From Octopus bimaculoides (taxonomy: Eukaryota): DNA of 64,000 nucleotides. The notes beneath the pieces were generated by a model. The model saw nothing but the letters and a program-made list of their open reading frames with translations. It did no database searches and had not been told where the DNA came from. Position numbers and translations under genes: made by a program. The stretch lies in assembly GCF_001194135.2 (NCBI RefSeq), contig NC_068989.1, positions 56,869,735 through 56,933,734 on the forward strand, written 5' to 3'. Positions 12,614 to 25,549 of the stretch are shown piece after piece (within the stretch, counting starts at the first letter, position 1; each line of letters starts with the position of its first letter).

Positions 12614-12766
12614 GTACACACTCACACACACGCATATGCATATGTAAGTTAGTGTTTATATATGCATAATAGTTATATGCATGTATATCAAGTTGTATGT
12701 ATGTATGTATATATATATACATATATACATATATATATATACATATATGTATATATTATATATGCA

Positions 12767-12815
<49 letters not shown>
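12520..12815. repeat. (AT)n/(ATGT)n microsatellite complex
   Basis: Directly visible. Confidence 0.95.
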
Positions 12816-12816
<1 letters not shown>

Positions 12817-13215
12817 TAAATTTGTATGGTCGTGTGTGTAAATAGAAAACAAACTGGTTAGTTTGATAAAATGATTAAAAGGAAGATTTCTCTAGAGATT
12901 GTAAGCCCATTGATTAATTGAAATGAAAGATAGCACACACACACGCGCGCGCGCGCGTGTGTAAGTGCGTTTATAAGAAGAACTGTTCAGCAGAAACATG
13001 CTCATTAATTTTCATTGTCAAATAAGAAAAGTTTGTGAATTTGCAATCTGATTATGCGGAAGTTACGTTATATAAATCTTAAACCGTTTCACTGTCTGCA
13101 TGATTTACATTATATTTCAAATCAGTTAAACGAGGTTGTAGCAAATATAACACTTGCAGTTATAAGCAATATAGTTGTTATATCTTAGCAATACATCAAG
13201 ATAATCGTGTGTGTG

Positions 13216-13258
<43 letters not shown>

Positions 13259-13516
13259 CCACGCACACACATGTATGCATATAGTATGTATTAATGTTTG
13301 CTTTTTATTTCTAGTTATATATAAAAACATTAACATTAAACTGAAGGCTTGCTCAGTACTTTCCAGTAAAGTAGTTATTTTTTAATTTTTACAAGGAAAA
13401 GATTTATAGTGACTTTGAAGTGTCGGCTTCCTCGCTCGCCTTCACCGAACAGTTTGAGGAAAGCGACCAAGCGAGTAAGTTTTTGTCGAACTTTCCCTAA
13501 TGTGTGTGTGTGTGTG

Positions 13517-13553
<37 letters not shown>

Positions 13554-13566
13554 GCACACACACACA

Positions 13567-13622
<56 letters not shown>

Positions 13623-14017
13623 GATAGCCGAAAGGTGTTTGCCCATTGTACATGTATAATTCTATTTCATGTTACGTTCGTCCGATAGTCGTGAGGTCCT
13701 TTCTGTTGTTTACTTATTTGTTTTCGTATATGTACATTCGTTTGTCTTGTCCAGTGGCTCAATGCTTTTAACTTGAGTCCATGGCCCAGCCGGTTTCTAG
13801 TAGTATCGGAAATAAATGGCCGAAACTACCTGGACATTCCGGATTTCGACGAGGCAATTGGCTGCGAATGATCTGTGTATCTTGGTTTGTTCTGTTTGTC
13901 GTTGTTGTGCTTTTGTCGTTTTCCTGCATGTTGTTTTGACGGTTTCCGTTTGTTGTGTTTTTTCTCTTCTACCTTTGATTTATCCATGCAACGCTACGTA
14001 CAACTTGTTGTTTGCTT

Positions 14018-14053
<36 letters not shown>

Positions 14054-14383
14054 NNNNNNNNNNNNNNNNNNNNNNNNNNNNNNNNNNNNNNNNNNNNNNN
14101 NNNNNNNNNNNNNNNNNNNNNNNNNNNNNNNNNNNNNNNNNNNNNNNNNNNNNNNNNNNNNNNNNNNNNNNNNNNNNNNNNNNNNNNNNNNNNNNNNNNN
14201 NNNNNNNNNNNNNNNNNNNNNNNNNNNNNNNNNNNNNNNNNNNNNNNNNNNNNNNNNNNNNNNNNNNNNNNNNNNNNNNNNNNNNNNNNNNNNNNNNNNN
14301 NNNNNNNNNNNNNNNNNNNNNNNNNNNNNNNNNNNNNNNNNNNNNNNNNNNNNNNNNNNNNNNNNNNNNNNNNNNNNNNNNNT

Positions 14384-14409
<26 letters not shown>

Positions 14410-14417
<8 letters not shown>

Positions 14418-14625
14418 ATATGTTTGTGTGTCTGTGTTTGTCCCCCTCCATCATCGCTTGACAACCGATGCTGGTGTGTTTACGTCCCCGTTACTTAGCG
14501 GTTCGGCAAAAGAGACCGATAGAATAAGTACTAGCCTTACAAAGAATAAATCCTGGGGTCGATTTGCTCGACTAAAGGCGGTGCTCCACAGTCAAAGGAC
14601 TGAAACAAGTAAAAAAGTAAAAGAA
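14410..14625 (-). mobile_element. SINE-like repeat (family C)
   Basis: cgcttgacaaccgatgctggtgtgtttacgtccccgttacttagcggttcggcaaaagagaccgatagaataagtactag..gcggtgctcca also occurs at 49975-50180, 52715-52930 and 55830-55975. Confidence 0.8.
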
Positions 14626-15477
14626 AGAAAAAGAGAGACTGGGGGACAATTTGATGATTATAATTTAATGTCTTGGCAGCGGGTGCATCACAGTGATTGT
14701 GGAGTCATATGAACTCGTGACATTACGTAAACGATTAAGCATTATATTGACATGCTTAGTTGTTCGATATGCTATCGATCAGGTTATCAGCATGATTTTT
14801 AATTTCTTGTTTATTTCAATTTTTAAAACTTTCCTTTACTTGTACCAGTCAGTTAACTGAGGCCATGCTGGAGCACCGCTTACTCATTTGCGTAGCCCTG
14901 AATAGTTTATTGCTTTTGTTGTTGTTGTTAAGTCCAATCTAGCCCCAAATGAGCAGATCTATGATCAACTGCATTTCAGGTGTAACCACCTTTCTATTCT
15001 CTCTGGTATTGTACGTCTAATACTACAATATCCAATGTGTTCACCTCTGTCCAAGTCGATAAAGTGTGATTTGATGAAAATTTAACTGCTATTTCAGCAA
15101 ATCGTATCACTATGTAAAAGTTTCCCTGGCATGTCACTGAACAGTGTATAATCATGTGTGTCAAATGTGAATCAGTATAATTATTTTCATCATTTTTCAG
15201 TCTTTTGATAAAGGCCAAACCCCGAAAATATGAGGCTTAATGGTTCAATTGGGAACGGAAAACACATGTTAGACTTCGTTCACTAATATTCTACAGAAGT
15301 ATTTCACAATGTGGACGGTACTTGGGAGTGCGGTGGTAAATTTTGTGCGAGTACCGGGGACAATCGGGACAGTTGGTGGGAGTGATAATTGATGCATCTT
15401 TTATTTGCCTTAATATTCAAAATATTTTCAATTTTATTGTGTACTTGGATTATCTGATAATATTAGAGTCAAAATAA

Positions 15478-15665
15478 GGAGGCGAGCCGGGAGAATCGTT
15501 AGCACGCCGGACAAAATGTTTAGCAGGATTTCATCTGTCAGTACGTTCTGAGTTCAAAATCCGCCGAGGACGACTTTGCCTTTCATCCCTTTCAGGGTCG
15601 ATAAAATAAGTACCATTTGAGCACTGGGGTCGAATCTTGAGCTAAAATTTGGAACCAATATTGGA
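15478..15665 (+). mobile_element. Family A SINE
   Basis: ggcgagccgggagaatcgttagcacgccgg..gttctgagttcaaaatccgccgagg..gtcgataaaataagtacc. Confidence 0.85.
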
Positions 15666-17877
15666 GTCGAAATGTTTTAACATTCGATATTATATTAACG
15701 AAATGACTTATGTGCAAGTAGCATTTTAATAGCGCTAAACTTGCCGTCAGCTATTATTTGTGGTGTATTTTATTTCTAGGGATCATTGACGTAGTGCTAT
15801 TAAAAGAACGGAGGCGATAGTAAAAGAAACAGTTTGAGAAGCACTGTTCTACAGCGTTTACAAAATATTGTGCTTGATAATATTTAAGTAATATTGAAGT
15901 TGATATAGTGTCAAAGATAGTAGAATTCCAAACCTAATAATTAACTACGTTTGTCGATATACTGAATTATGTATGCTACATCAATATTGACGTACATTTC
16001 ATCATATCATAGTACCAGTCATATAATGATCTCAATTCAGTTTAGGACACTCATTTGCAAAATGTCTCTGGACTTGTGCCAGTATCAAGAAATAAACTAA
16101 TCAAGGCTAAATGATATTGTATGGTTTTTAAACAATAGTAGCCATGTTAATTCACTTATCTTGTTCTTTATTGTAACTAGATTTATTGATTGTGTTATTA
16201 ATAACAGTCAGTAGTAATGAAGAAAATGGTGTGATATATATTATTAGCCTTGTATGTTTACTCACATTAGAAAAACTTTGGTGTCAGGTATATAGACAAA
16301 GAAGCAGAGAGACTTACATGAAACTATAATACATCGAAAAGAGTGTTGGAACAATAGGTGAACGATCTATGGTTTATATGATGCAACAATGTATAAAGAG
16401 GGTAGAAAGAAGAAATGCAGAGAAGAAAGAAAGGAAAAGTAGATGAGAGTGTGAAGGGAAGGAGAAGGAGGAATAGGAACTAATATACAAGGATACATAC
16501 CGTGATTAACATCGGCTTATAAGTGGCTCAACAATTTGAAAGAAATATCAGCCAGATATTCCTCAAATCACAGTATATCACTTGCCTTTATAATGTATTG
16601 TAAAAGGTACAGAGCTTTTAATGGTCTCGGTCTATTTGGTTGTGGACAGGTTACTATTGTTGTTTAGCCCCAGTCAGTACTTCCTGAGGAGATCTATGTG
16701 GAAAGGCGTTTCAGTGTGACCATCTCGTATTATTCTATATATCTAACTACACTGACCAGTGCATCTTTTTTTTTTAAGATGATGGGATGTGATTTGAGAG
16801 AATTTGCCTTGTAGTTCTAGTAGGTCGAACGACAGCCTAGAGGCTCCTACGTTAGTTAAAAGGCGATATTGTCTCTTGTAGTCGACAGGAGTTCTATATA
16901 ATTCTAGAACGATTTCTTTAGTTGCAGCAGAAATACTGTCATAAATCAATGAAGATACAGGAAACAAGTCATATAAAGACGGAGCTTTCATTATGTCCCG
17001 TGCAATAACTTAATGACATCTTGATTTCTTTTGACAAAATATAAATTAAAGTTATTTCAAGTAACGTATATCTGAAAATAGAGAAAGTAAAATGTGAAAT
17101 AAAATCTATCCAATTTAAATCCATCATTATTTCTTATATTAGCATGACACTTAATAACTTTTACAGGAAAATAAGAGTTATGATGTAATTAACTCAAGGA
17201 CACTAGCCGGAAATAGTTGCTTTAATCAAGCCTGTACTCGATGGTAACACTTATTTTCTGAAAAGAAGTTCCGACCTAAGCTGGTTTCGAACACAGTATG
17301 TAAATGGACGTAACTAAATATTGTAAGAAATTTTACATGATATTCCACCGATTCTGTCAAAGATTATCTTACATGATGTTATACAGAGATAAGCGGTTTC
17401 AGATTCCTTTAGTTTTTAGAAGAATAATGTGATTGTTAGACGTTCACACTTTTTCCAGGCACATAAATGATATAAAAGAATGAAAATACTTTAAACCGGA
17501 AATTGAAATGAAGTCATGAACACGATTCGACTATGCCTCTAGTAGCACATGTCTACTTTATGGCGACGTACTGTAATTGCAAGCACAGAAAGAATTGTCT
17601 GAAAATATGTTGCATCATAGTTTAAAAAAATATTTTGTGAAAATCAATAAAGTTTTCTCAGTCTCATTTATTTCCGTCTCTTTCTCTCCTTCCAAGGATC
17701 TTCATTGGAAAATATAACATGTCTGAACAGCTGTTGTACTTGGTCACATGATATCAAACTTGTTTTGTAACTGGTAAAAGAGATTATTTCTGAGAAGAAA
17801 ATTGCATTTCTCACACTTCACAAAGAGAACGAAAAATGGTTTCTAGGTATATTGAAAATGATGATCTGGCGAAAATT

Positions 17878-18065
17878 ATTTGAGTGAAATATACTTGAGT
17901 GAAGTATATTTAAGTGAAATGCACAAAAGTATATTTCAATGAAATATGGTTGAGTGAAGTATGTTTGAGTGGAATACACTAGAGTAAGGTATATTTGAGC
18001 GGAGTACATTAGAATAAAGTATATTCGAGTGAATTATAGTTGAGTGAAGTATATTTGAGTGAAGT
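17878..18065. repeat. Degenerate 15 bp minisatellite (consensus ~ttgagtgaagtatat), about 12 units
   Basis: Periodic ttgagtgaa(g/a)tata(t/c) units read directly. Confidence 0.85.
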
Positions 18066-18574
18066 GCCAGAGACGATAGTCTAACACACATAGAGTTTCA
18101 ATTACAAATACAGAAACCCTCTTATTCTGCTAATCGATAAACATATAATATTTGTATTGCTGTAGGTGGTAATGAATTATCTAGACAGATCCTACTTGTA
18201 ATCTTCCAGCTAACGCCGTCCATCTTTCTACATCCACCATTTCCCCACACCGTCTCCGATACTAACATCGCTCAATTTTTCTTTACTTCTCGACGTTTTC
18301 TTCTTCCCACATATATTTCACTAACATATACTTCTTCCCCATCCCCGTTCTTTTTCTCCGCCTCCTCCTCACCATTATTATAAGTTTCCTTCTGTGTATA
18401 TGATACTCCTTATGATTAACAATGTCGTGGTACATTTTTACAATAAAAATCTTATACTTTTCTTTTAAACAATTTCGAAGTTATATGTTCTAATATTTAT
18501 ACACACGCACGCACGCACACACGCACGCACGCACGCACGCACGCACNNNNNNNNNNNNNNNNNNNNNNNNNNNN

Positions 18575-18624
<50 letters not shown>

Positions 18625-19229
18625 TACACACACACACACACGATGGGTGCAACTCGATTTGGAGCAATGCCATCTCTTGATTGTTTTCTTATGCACGAAT
18701 AACATGAATCTGGCTTTCAGTACTGCTAGGAACCTGGACTCTTTTGCACAAATGTAACTAGGAAGGGTCCCTCATGCTGCAGGTGTTCAGAGGACTTACC
18801 ACCCACACTGACACATATCTTTATTTTGTCAAGGAATGTTTCACTCAATGTTTTGCTTTTCCGGTTACAGCCAGCCGTAGAATGCAACACATAATAAAAA
18901 TATTAAAATTCAAGCAATGCTTGTGTCCGAAGCATTTTAAAGTGAAGAAAGGCCAATCTTTGAAGGAATTCGTTAGACGCATGTTTTGCATATGAAGGAT
19001 TTTGTCCCAAATAATCATCGCAGTTTTAAAAAGGAAAATAAGTTGCTCACAATGAGTTACCGTCTCATATCACTAATCCTTCACATTATTAAAGTATGCG
19101 AGAGGGTCGTGTGATAAAAATAACTGCTTTCTTAGAGAGAAATAATCTCTTACATCCTAGATCCTTCCAGCATGGTTTTCGCTGAGGCAGAGACGGCCTA
19201 ACATTGCTCCTGTACTATTTTTTATGGCA

Positions 19230-19870
19230 TTCTAAATGCTCTAGGAAGAGGCTACAACATAAATACCACTTATCTTGACCTCAGTAAAGCTTTCGACAGA
19301 AAGTCAACCAGTATTCTGCTTAAAAAATTATCCAGCAATGGAGTCCACTGGTAAGCTACCACAGTTGATTAGACGTTTCCTGTGAAGAACCCAACAAGCT
19401 GTGATTCGCCGAATTTACTCAAGACTAACAAAAGTCATTGGTGGTGTCCTCCAGGGTACTGTGCTTAGTCCACTTCTCTTTATATTTGCATAAAAGATAT
19501 TTCAAATGCCATCGAATAAAATAAAATCCTTGTAAGGGGCACTAAACTCCAGAAAATCATCAAGGGAGTATGTAACTACACAAAACTCTAAATAGATCTT
19601 TACGCTGTAATTCGATTGGCGAAAAAGAAAAACACAAACAAACAAAATAAAACATGCAGCAAATCGAGGAGAAACTTGAGTCCATCCATTTTTGAAAAGA
19701 ATATGTACTTAAGCAGCCTTGATCTCTTCCCTAAACAGAATATCTTGTAGCGACAAGCAAAATCAGACATTTAGGTGGAAATGTGCACAAGAACCTAAGT
19801 TGAAGTGCATACACCAACAATAAAATCAATATGGCTTGTAGAATGTCTTCACGGATCCTAATAACTTTCT
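19230..19870 (+). mobile_element. Degraded CR1/L2-like LINE reverse transcriptase fragment
   Basis: Manual translation across frameshifts: YLDLSKAFDR..ILLKKLSSNGV..GGVLQGTVLSPLLF. Confidence 0.75.
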
Positions 19871-19961
19871 AGTTTAGAGATCCTGATACCGTCATCCTTT
19901 TCTAAAATCTAACACACACTCACGCGTGCGCGCGCACACACACACACATACGCACTCACGC

Positions 19962-19995
<34 letters not shown>

Positions 19996-20154
19996 ACTTA
20001 TATATGTATAAATACAAATATATATATATATGTGTAAGTTTATATATATATAAATGTTTCTAGCACACACGCACACATACACACATATGTATGTGTATAT
20101 GCATATATGTATGTATCTATGTATGTATATATGTATGTATGCATGTATGTATGT

Positions 20155-20358
20155 AAAGCGATGAGCCGGCAGAATGGTTAGCATGTCGGGGGCAAAATAC
20201 TTTGGAGCACTTAGACGGTGTTTACGTTCTGAGTTCAAATTTTGTAAGGGTCGATTTGGAGATCGATAAAATAAGTATCAGTTGTGCAGTGGGGTCAATT
20301 TAATAGACCTAGCCCCTCCCCCAAAACTGCTGGCCTTGTGCCAAAATTTGAAACCAAT
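20155..20358 (+). mobile_element. Family A SINE
   Basis: Head, gttctgagttcaaat, body and ..ctggccttgtgccaaaatttgaaacc tail. Confidence 0.85.
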
Positions 20359-20368
20359 ATATGCGCGC

Positions 20369-20406
<38 letters not shown>

Positions 20407-20784
20407 ATGTATGTAGTATAATATATATACTACACACACACAAACACATTTATCTATCTATATGTGAGTGTGCATGTATGTATACAACTAAACTAAACAA
20501 TTTCATTGAAAACACTTATAAAAATCTGCCGATAATTGGATTTTTATATGAAAGATATTTCCATGGGTTTTCCAATTAGTTTAAAGAAACATCAGCGTCT
20601 ATCGACCACTTGGTGCTTGGTAGTGTTTTGTTTGAAGACATTTCACGTGATCTTGAAAACAAGCAACCAAAAGAAGTAAAGAAAAAGAATAAAAAAGAAG
20701 GAAAAGAATTAAAACGTTGCCTGTTTATCGGAAATTTTTTTTCCGGGTATTTAATTAATTTTCTTTATTAATTCGAACGAACAT

Positions 20785-20905
20785 GAAAATGATGATGACG
20801 ACGACGACGACGACGATGATGGTGATGGTGACGAGGATGAAGAGGATAAAGAAGAAGAAGAAGAAGAAGAAGAAGAAGAAGAAGAAGAAGAAGAGGAAGA
20901 GGAAG
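20785..20905. repeat. Compound (GAT)n(GAC)n(GAA)n microsatellite
   Basis: Directly visible. Confidence 0.95.
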
Positions 20906-21334
20906 TGGGGGTTGTAGGAACGGTAAAAGCTTGTGTAATAGATGGACAAAAGACAGGATTGTTTAGTTATTAGAGATGCTGTTATGAGCAGAATGTCTTC
21001 TGTGGATGATGAAGTATGTCAACAATCAGCGACCAGTTGGGCTTTTTTTTTTATCAGTCTATAATATTAATACGAATACTATTCGTTTGTGTTTCAATAA
21101 AGTATTTCATTTGAGCTGGTTTATTCAATAAATAAGGAAAGACAAAAAAACATTGAAAATGCAGAGACGTAATAGAGGAAGTTGTATAATTTAATACACT
21201 CGATATTGAGTTTTAACCAAATATGGTCAACCTGCAGCAGTGGAGTTATGTGTTCTCTTTTATGGCTATTTATGTAGCATACGTAACGCCTTGATTATAT
21301 ATAAACATACGCTTGTCTTATTATCATATAATGA

Positions 21335-21900
21335 TGATGAGCTGACAGAATCATTAGCATGCTGGGCAAGATGTTTAGCGGCGTTTCGTTCGCCCTAACG
21401 CCGTGGTCGACTTTGCCTTTCATCCTTTCGGAGTCGACAAAATAAGTACCAGTTGAGTACTGGAGTCGCTATAATCGACTTGCTCTCTCTCCTGGAATTG
21501 CTGGCCTTGTGCTAACTTGTGCTAAAATTTGAAACCATTATTATCATATAAAAGACGTTGAAACTGACGGAGTCGTTAGCGGCATTTCAGCCATCTTAAC
21601 GTTCTGAGTTCAAATTTCACCGAGGGTAACTTTGCCTTTCGTGGTCAATAGAATAAGTATCAGTCACGATGTAACCGACTATTCTTCTCCCTCCAAAATT
21701 TCAGCTCTTGTACCTATTGTAAAAAGGGTCACTGAAGGCAGTGATCTGGCAAAATCGCTGTTGTGCTGGGAGTCATACTTAGCGGCAATTCTTCCGGCAC
21801 TTTATGTTCTGAGTTCAAATCCTGCCGAGGCCAACTTTGGTTTCCATCGTTTCAGGTTGGATAGTTATAAATCCGGTTCGTACTCTATCGACTGCTAAAT
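21335..21900 (+). mobile_element. Three adjacent family A SINE copies
   Basis: Three successive head/body motifs at ~21340, ~21560 and ~21740. Confidence 0.8.
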
Positions 21901-22339
21901 TACAAGGACTCAAACAAACTAACAACGATTGCTATGCAGTGGGCGGGGAACAAACCCAAAGACACACACAAACACATATGCATGTATATATATATATATA
22001 TATATATATATTTNNNNNNNNNNNNNNNNNNNNNNNNNNNNNNNNNNNNNNNNNNNNNNNNNNNNNNNNNNNNNNNNNNNNNNNNNNNNNNNNNNNNNNN
22101 NNNNNNNNNNNNNNNNNNNNNNNNNNNNNNNNNNNNNNNNNNNNNNNNNNNNNNNNNNNNNNNNNNNNNNNNNNNNNNNNNNNNNNNNNNNNNNNNNNNN
22201 NNNNNNNNNNNNNNNNNNNNNNNNNNNNNNNNNNNNNNNNNNNNTATTATAAGTCGTGTATTAGCGTGTGTATATGTAAATATATAAAAACAAAAAGATA
22301 AAGAGAGCAAAGGTAAGGTTGAAGAATTTTATGGATAGA

Positions 22340-22388
22340 GTCTTACAGCTGTTTCTGGGAAGATACAGTACTTCCCTTCATCGGAGAC
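22340..22388 (-). ncRNA. Minimal type I hammerhead ribozyme motif of the Penelope-like-element type, with two core deviations
   Basis: Minus strand GTCT-CCGATGA-A-GGGAAG-tactgtat-CTTCCC-A-GAAA-C-AGCT-G-TA-AGAC. Stem I gtct/agac, stem II gggaag/cttccc, short stem III with palindromic AGCT loop, UA cleavage site. U4 is C and 10.1/11.1 is an A-A mismatch. Confidence 0.7.
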
Positions 22389-23083
22389 AGAAAAAATAAA
22401 GTAATCTATTATTATATCCATAGGCGGATATTTTTAGTATGAAGTGGTAAAGAGTGTGATGTGCTGAAAAAAGAGAGAACAGTACTTGAAGTGTAGTTTC
22501 ATTCCAGTGGTAAATATCCGTGTAGAAATTCGTGCAAATTAATCCTTGTGTGAATAATCCGGAAATTTATTTCCTTTCGATCATTTCACCACACATATAC
22601 CACCAAATCTATTTCTCATATTCTCAATTTAACAAGAACACTACCTACACAAACAGACTACGTCACCTCTTTCAATCCCTTTCCACCGTCTATAAATAGG
22701 CTTGGCAGCATCCAAAAATATGATACTACTAACTACCTTGCCCACCCATCCCTCTCCTTTATCTCTGTTCTTCGTTTATCACTCATACCCCCACCACCTA
22801 TATACTACACACGCATTCCTTCCTACTCACTAGACCTTTTAACCTCATCCCCTATTCCTCCTTCACTCTATATGCTCTTCCCCTCTACCCTGTTAAGACC
22901 AACTGACCATAAATATATCGCTACCATCCTCCACCTCTATATCTTCTCTATCCCCTTCCACATTCTATCGTCTTGACTTGACCTAATTACCGCTAACTTT
23001 TCACTTGACTTGGACATCCTTCAAGTAAACAAGCAAAAATCTATTGCAAGATGAAATATATATACCTCTGCTACCTAAGCTAT

Positions 23084-23773
23084 NNNNNNNNNNNNNNNNN
23101 NNNNNNNNNNNNNNNNNNNNNNNNNNNNNNNNNNNNNNNNNNNNNNNNNNNNNNNNNNNNNNNNNNNNNNNNNNNNNNNNNNNNNNNNNNNNNNNNNNNN
23201 NNNNNNNNNNNNNNNNNNNNNNNNNNNNNNNNNNNNNNNNNNNNNNNNNNNNNNNNNNNNNNNNNNNNNNNNNNNNNNNNNNNNNNNNNNNNNNNNNNNN
23301 NNNNNNNNNNNNNNNNNNNNNNNNNNNNNNNNNNNNNNNNNNNNNNNNNNNNNNNNNNNNNNNNNNNNNNNNNNNNNNNNNNNNNNNNNNNNNNNNNNNN
23401 NNNNNNNNNNNNNNNNNNNNNNNNNNNNNNNNNNNNNNNNNNNNNNNNNNNNNNNNNNNNNNNNNNNNNNNNNNNNNNNNNNNNNNNNNNNNNNNNNNNN
23501 NNNNNNNNNNNNNNNNNNNNNNNNNNNNNNNNNNNNNNNNNNNNNNNNNNNNNNNNNNNNNNNNNNNNNNNNNNNNNNNNNNNNNNNNNNNNNNNNNNNN
23601 NNNNNNNNNNNNNNNNNNNNNNNNNNNNNNNNNNNNNNNNNNNNNNNNNNNNNNNNNNNNNNNNNNNNNNNNNNNNNNNNNNNNNNNNNNNNNNNNNNNN
23701 NNNNNNNNNNNNNNNNNNNNNNNNNNNNNNNNNNNNNNNNNNNNNNNNNNNNNNNNNNNNNNNNNNNNNNNNN
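23084..23773. other. Assembly gap (others at 3648-3724, 14054-14382, 18547-18574, 22014-22244, 50220-50797, 56044-56818, 58322-58331, 59009-59677)
   Basis: N runs, mostly flanked by microsatellites. Confidence 0.99.
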
Positions 23774-23885
23774 GTACTGCAATCACTTTTGAAATCCGTG
23801 TTGCTTATTGTTTGATTTTAATCACCCATCCTTTTGGGATGTGATATTCGGGTGCCTTCGCATAAGTTCCATATTCAAGCCTTGA

Positions 23886-23941
<56 letters not shown>

Positions 23942-23959
23942 ATCTCTCTCTCTATATGT

Positions 23960-24028
23960 ATATGTATGAGACAGCGAGCTGGCAGAAACGTGAGCACGCC
24001 GGGCGAAATGCTTAGCGGTATAACGGCT
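23960..24028 (+). mobile_element. Family A SINE head, interrupted by the ORF1-only element
   Basis: agcgagctggcagaaacgtgagcacgccgggcgaaatgcttagcggta; the SINE sequence resumes as cggtatttcggct at 25550-25562. Confidence 0.85.
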
Positions 24029-25549
24029 CTGTGAATTATTGTGAATTATTGTGAATACTGTTGTGTTACTTTGTGAAAACTGTCTCGGTAAATAATTGTG
24101 ATTCTTGTGGAATTATTACGGTTACGTTTCACGCGAGCCGCTGCAATTTTTCCCAGCTATGGCAAGTGGTAGTGTCTCCAGTATGGAGAGCTACGCCAAG
24201 GCCACTGCGGTGAGGAAGCCAGTGCCGCTGGAAACCAAAATTCTGAGGACAGTTGTGTATCGTACACAGGCTGTAGAAACCTGTAAAATTGAAATGGTGA
24301 CGGAAGAGGAAATCGAGGAGTGCCTGGGTGAAATTGTGAATGAAGCCACGTACATCAACAGAGGAAGAAAGTTCGGTACGGTAGAGGTGAGGTTCGCCAC
24401 TATAGAAGAGGCAACCAAGCATGCGACCAACATTTTAAGAAGTGAAAACATAGCATTGCTACCAAGTTATAGAGGAAAAAGAAGTGTGAAAATACGTATT
24501 CCCAGAGTTACACCAGATATTAAACCAGAGTGGTTGGTTGCAACAGTGCTGGCTGCAACCAAGGAGGAGCCGGAATTGGAACCAGTGGCGAAATCAAAAG
24601 TGCGCAAATGGTGGGGATTTGGACACGAAATGTGGCTTTTTGCCACATTCGAGGACATAGAAATAATTCCCTACCAGATAGAAGTGGAGGATGAGAGAAC
24701 GTTAAATGCTGTAGTCGAGAGAAGGAAACCAAATTGCTACATATGCGGGGAAAGAGGTCATATGAAGACCAAATTCCCCCTATATGAGTTCACACAGCCA
24801 CAGCAAGAGAAAGCACAAGCAGAGGAGGAAAACATTGCAGACCACACTGAGGAAATGAAATAGAGACAGAAGTGTGAAACAGAGAAAACAAAGGAGAACG
24901 AAAATGGAGCTACTAACCCTAAAAAGCGAAAGAAAAATAAGTCAAAGGAACGGTCAACAGAAAACAAAAAAGAGATAGAAAAGCCAGAAACTAATAATGT
25001 ACAAAAAGAGGAGGAAAGAACGGATAAAGATGTGAAATACAAGGGGGTTTTGATAAAGTACGAGAATTGCGAGCAGATGGAGAGAAAAGTCGAGAGGTTG
25101 GAGGAAATAATAAGAGTGAAGATGCCAGAGAAATGTGCTGAGAAATGCATTTTGATACATGAGGAAAACTACTGTGAGTACATAAAAGAACTTGGTGAAA
25201 ATATAATAACGAAACGGGTATGGTTGGTGGAGACACCACCCCTAGAACTGATTATTTGCAGTTGATAGGGACGGAAGTAACAATGGTTAATGGGAGAAAG
25301 GTAATGCGAGTGTTTGAATTTTTTGAGTTACAAAACCGTTAAAATGTTTACATGACGTTGAACGTAAAAGTGAAAAACTGGATAAATGTAACCACCCGAC
25401 TTCGGGGATCGAGTGGACATTGCGCCTCATTTTTTTCATTCTTTTATTTTAATTACCCCGATTTTATGTTTGTTGCGTTTTGTACTGTATTTATGTTTTG
25501 TGATGTCTTAAAAATTCTTTGTATAGCCCTTGATGGGTAATAAAGAAAT
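24029..25549 (+). mobile_element. ORF1-only ('half-LINE') non-autonomous retroelement, copy 1
   Basis: Bounded by cggtataacggct (24016-24028) and cggtatttcggct (25550-25562), 11/13 identical. GT-rich 5' UTR, a single ORF, 3' end ...tagcccttgatgggtAATAAAGAAAT. No RT or endonuclease. Confidence 0.75.
24159..25265 (+). pseudogene. LINE ORF1/Gag-like nucleic-acid-binding protein, ~368 codons with one in-frame TAG (24861-24863)
   Basis: Track ORFs 24105-24863 and 25032-25265 are in the same frame and the DNA between them is open after the single stop. Motifs: YINRGRKFGTVEVRF (RRM-like), CYICGERGHMKTKF (knuckle, last Cys to Phe), K/E-rich linker. Confidence 0.8.

Noticed and set aside
13816-14712. 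Long ORFs spanning N-runs (also 21837-22310, 23001-23844, 50084-51040, 55848-56859, 58909-59934)
   Set aside because: Their length comes from assembly gaps translated as X; the flanks are microsatellite or SINE sequence.
24129-25239. Antisense ORFs overlapping the ORF1-like genes (also 46564-47059 and 47323-47821)
   Set aside because: They are shadow frames of purine-rich coding sequence.
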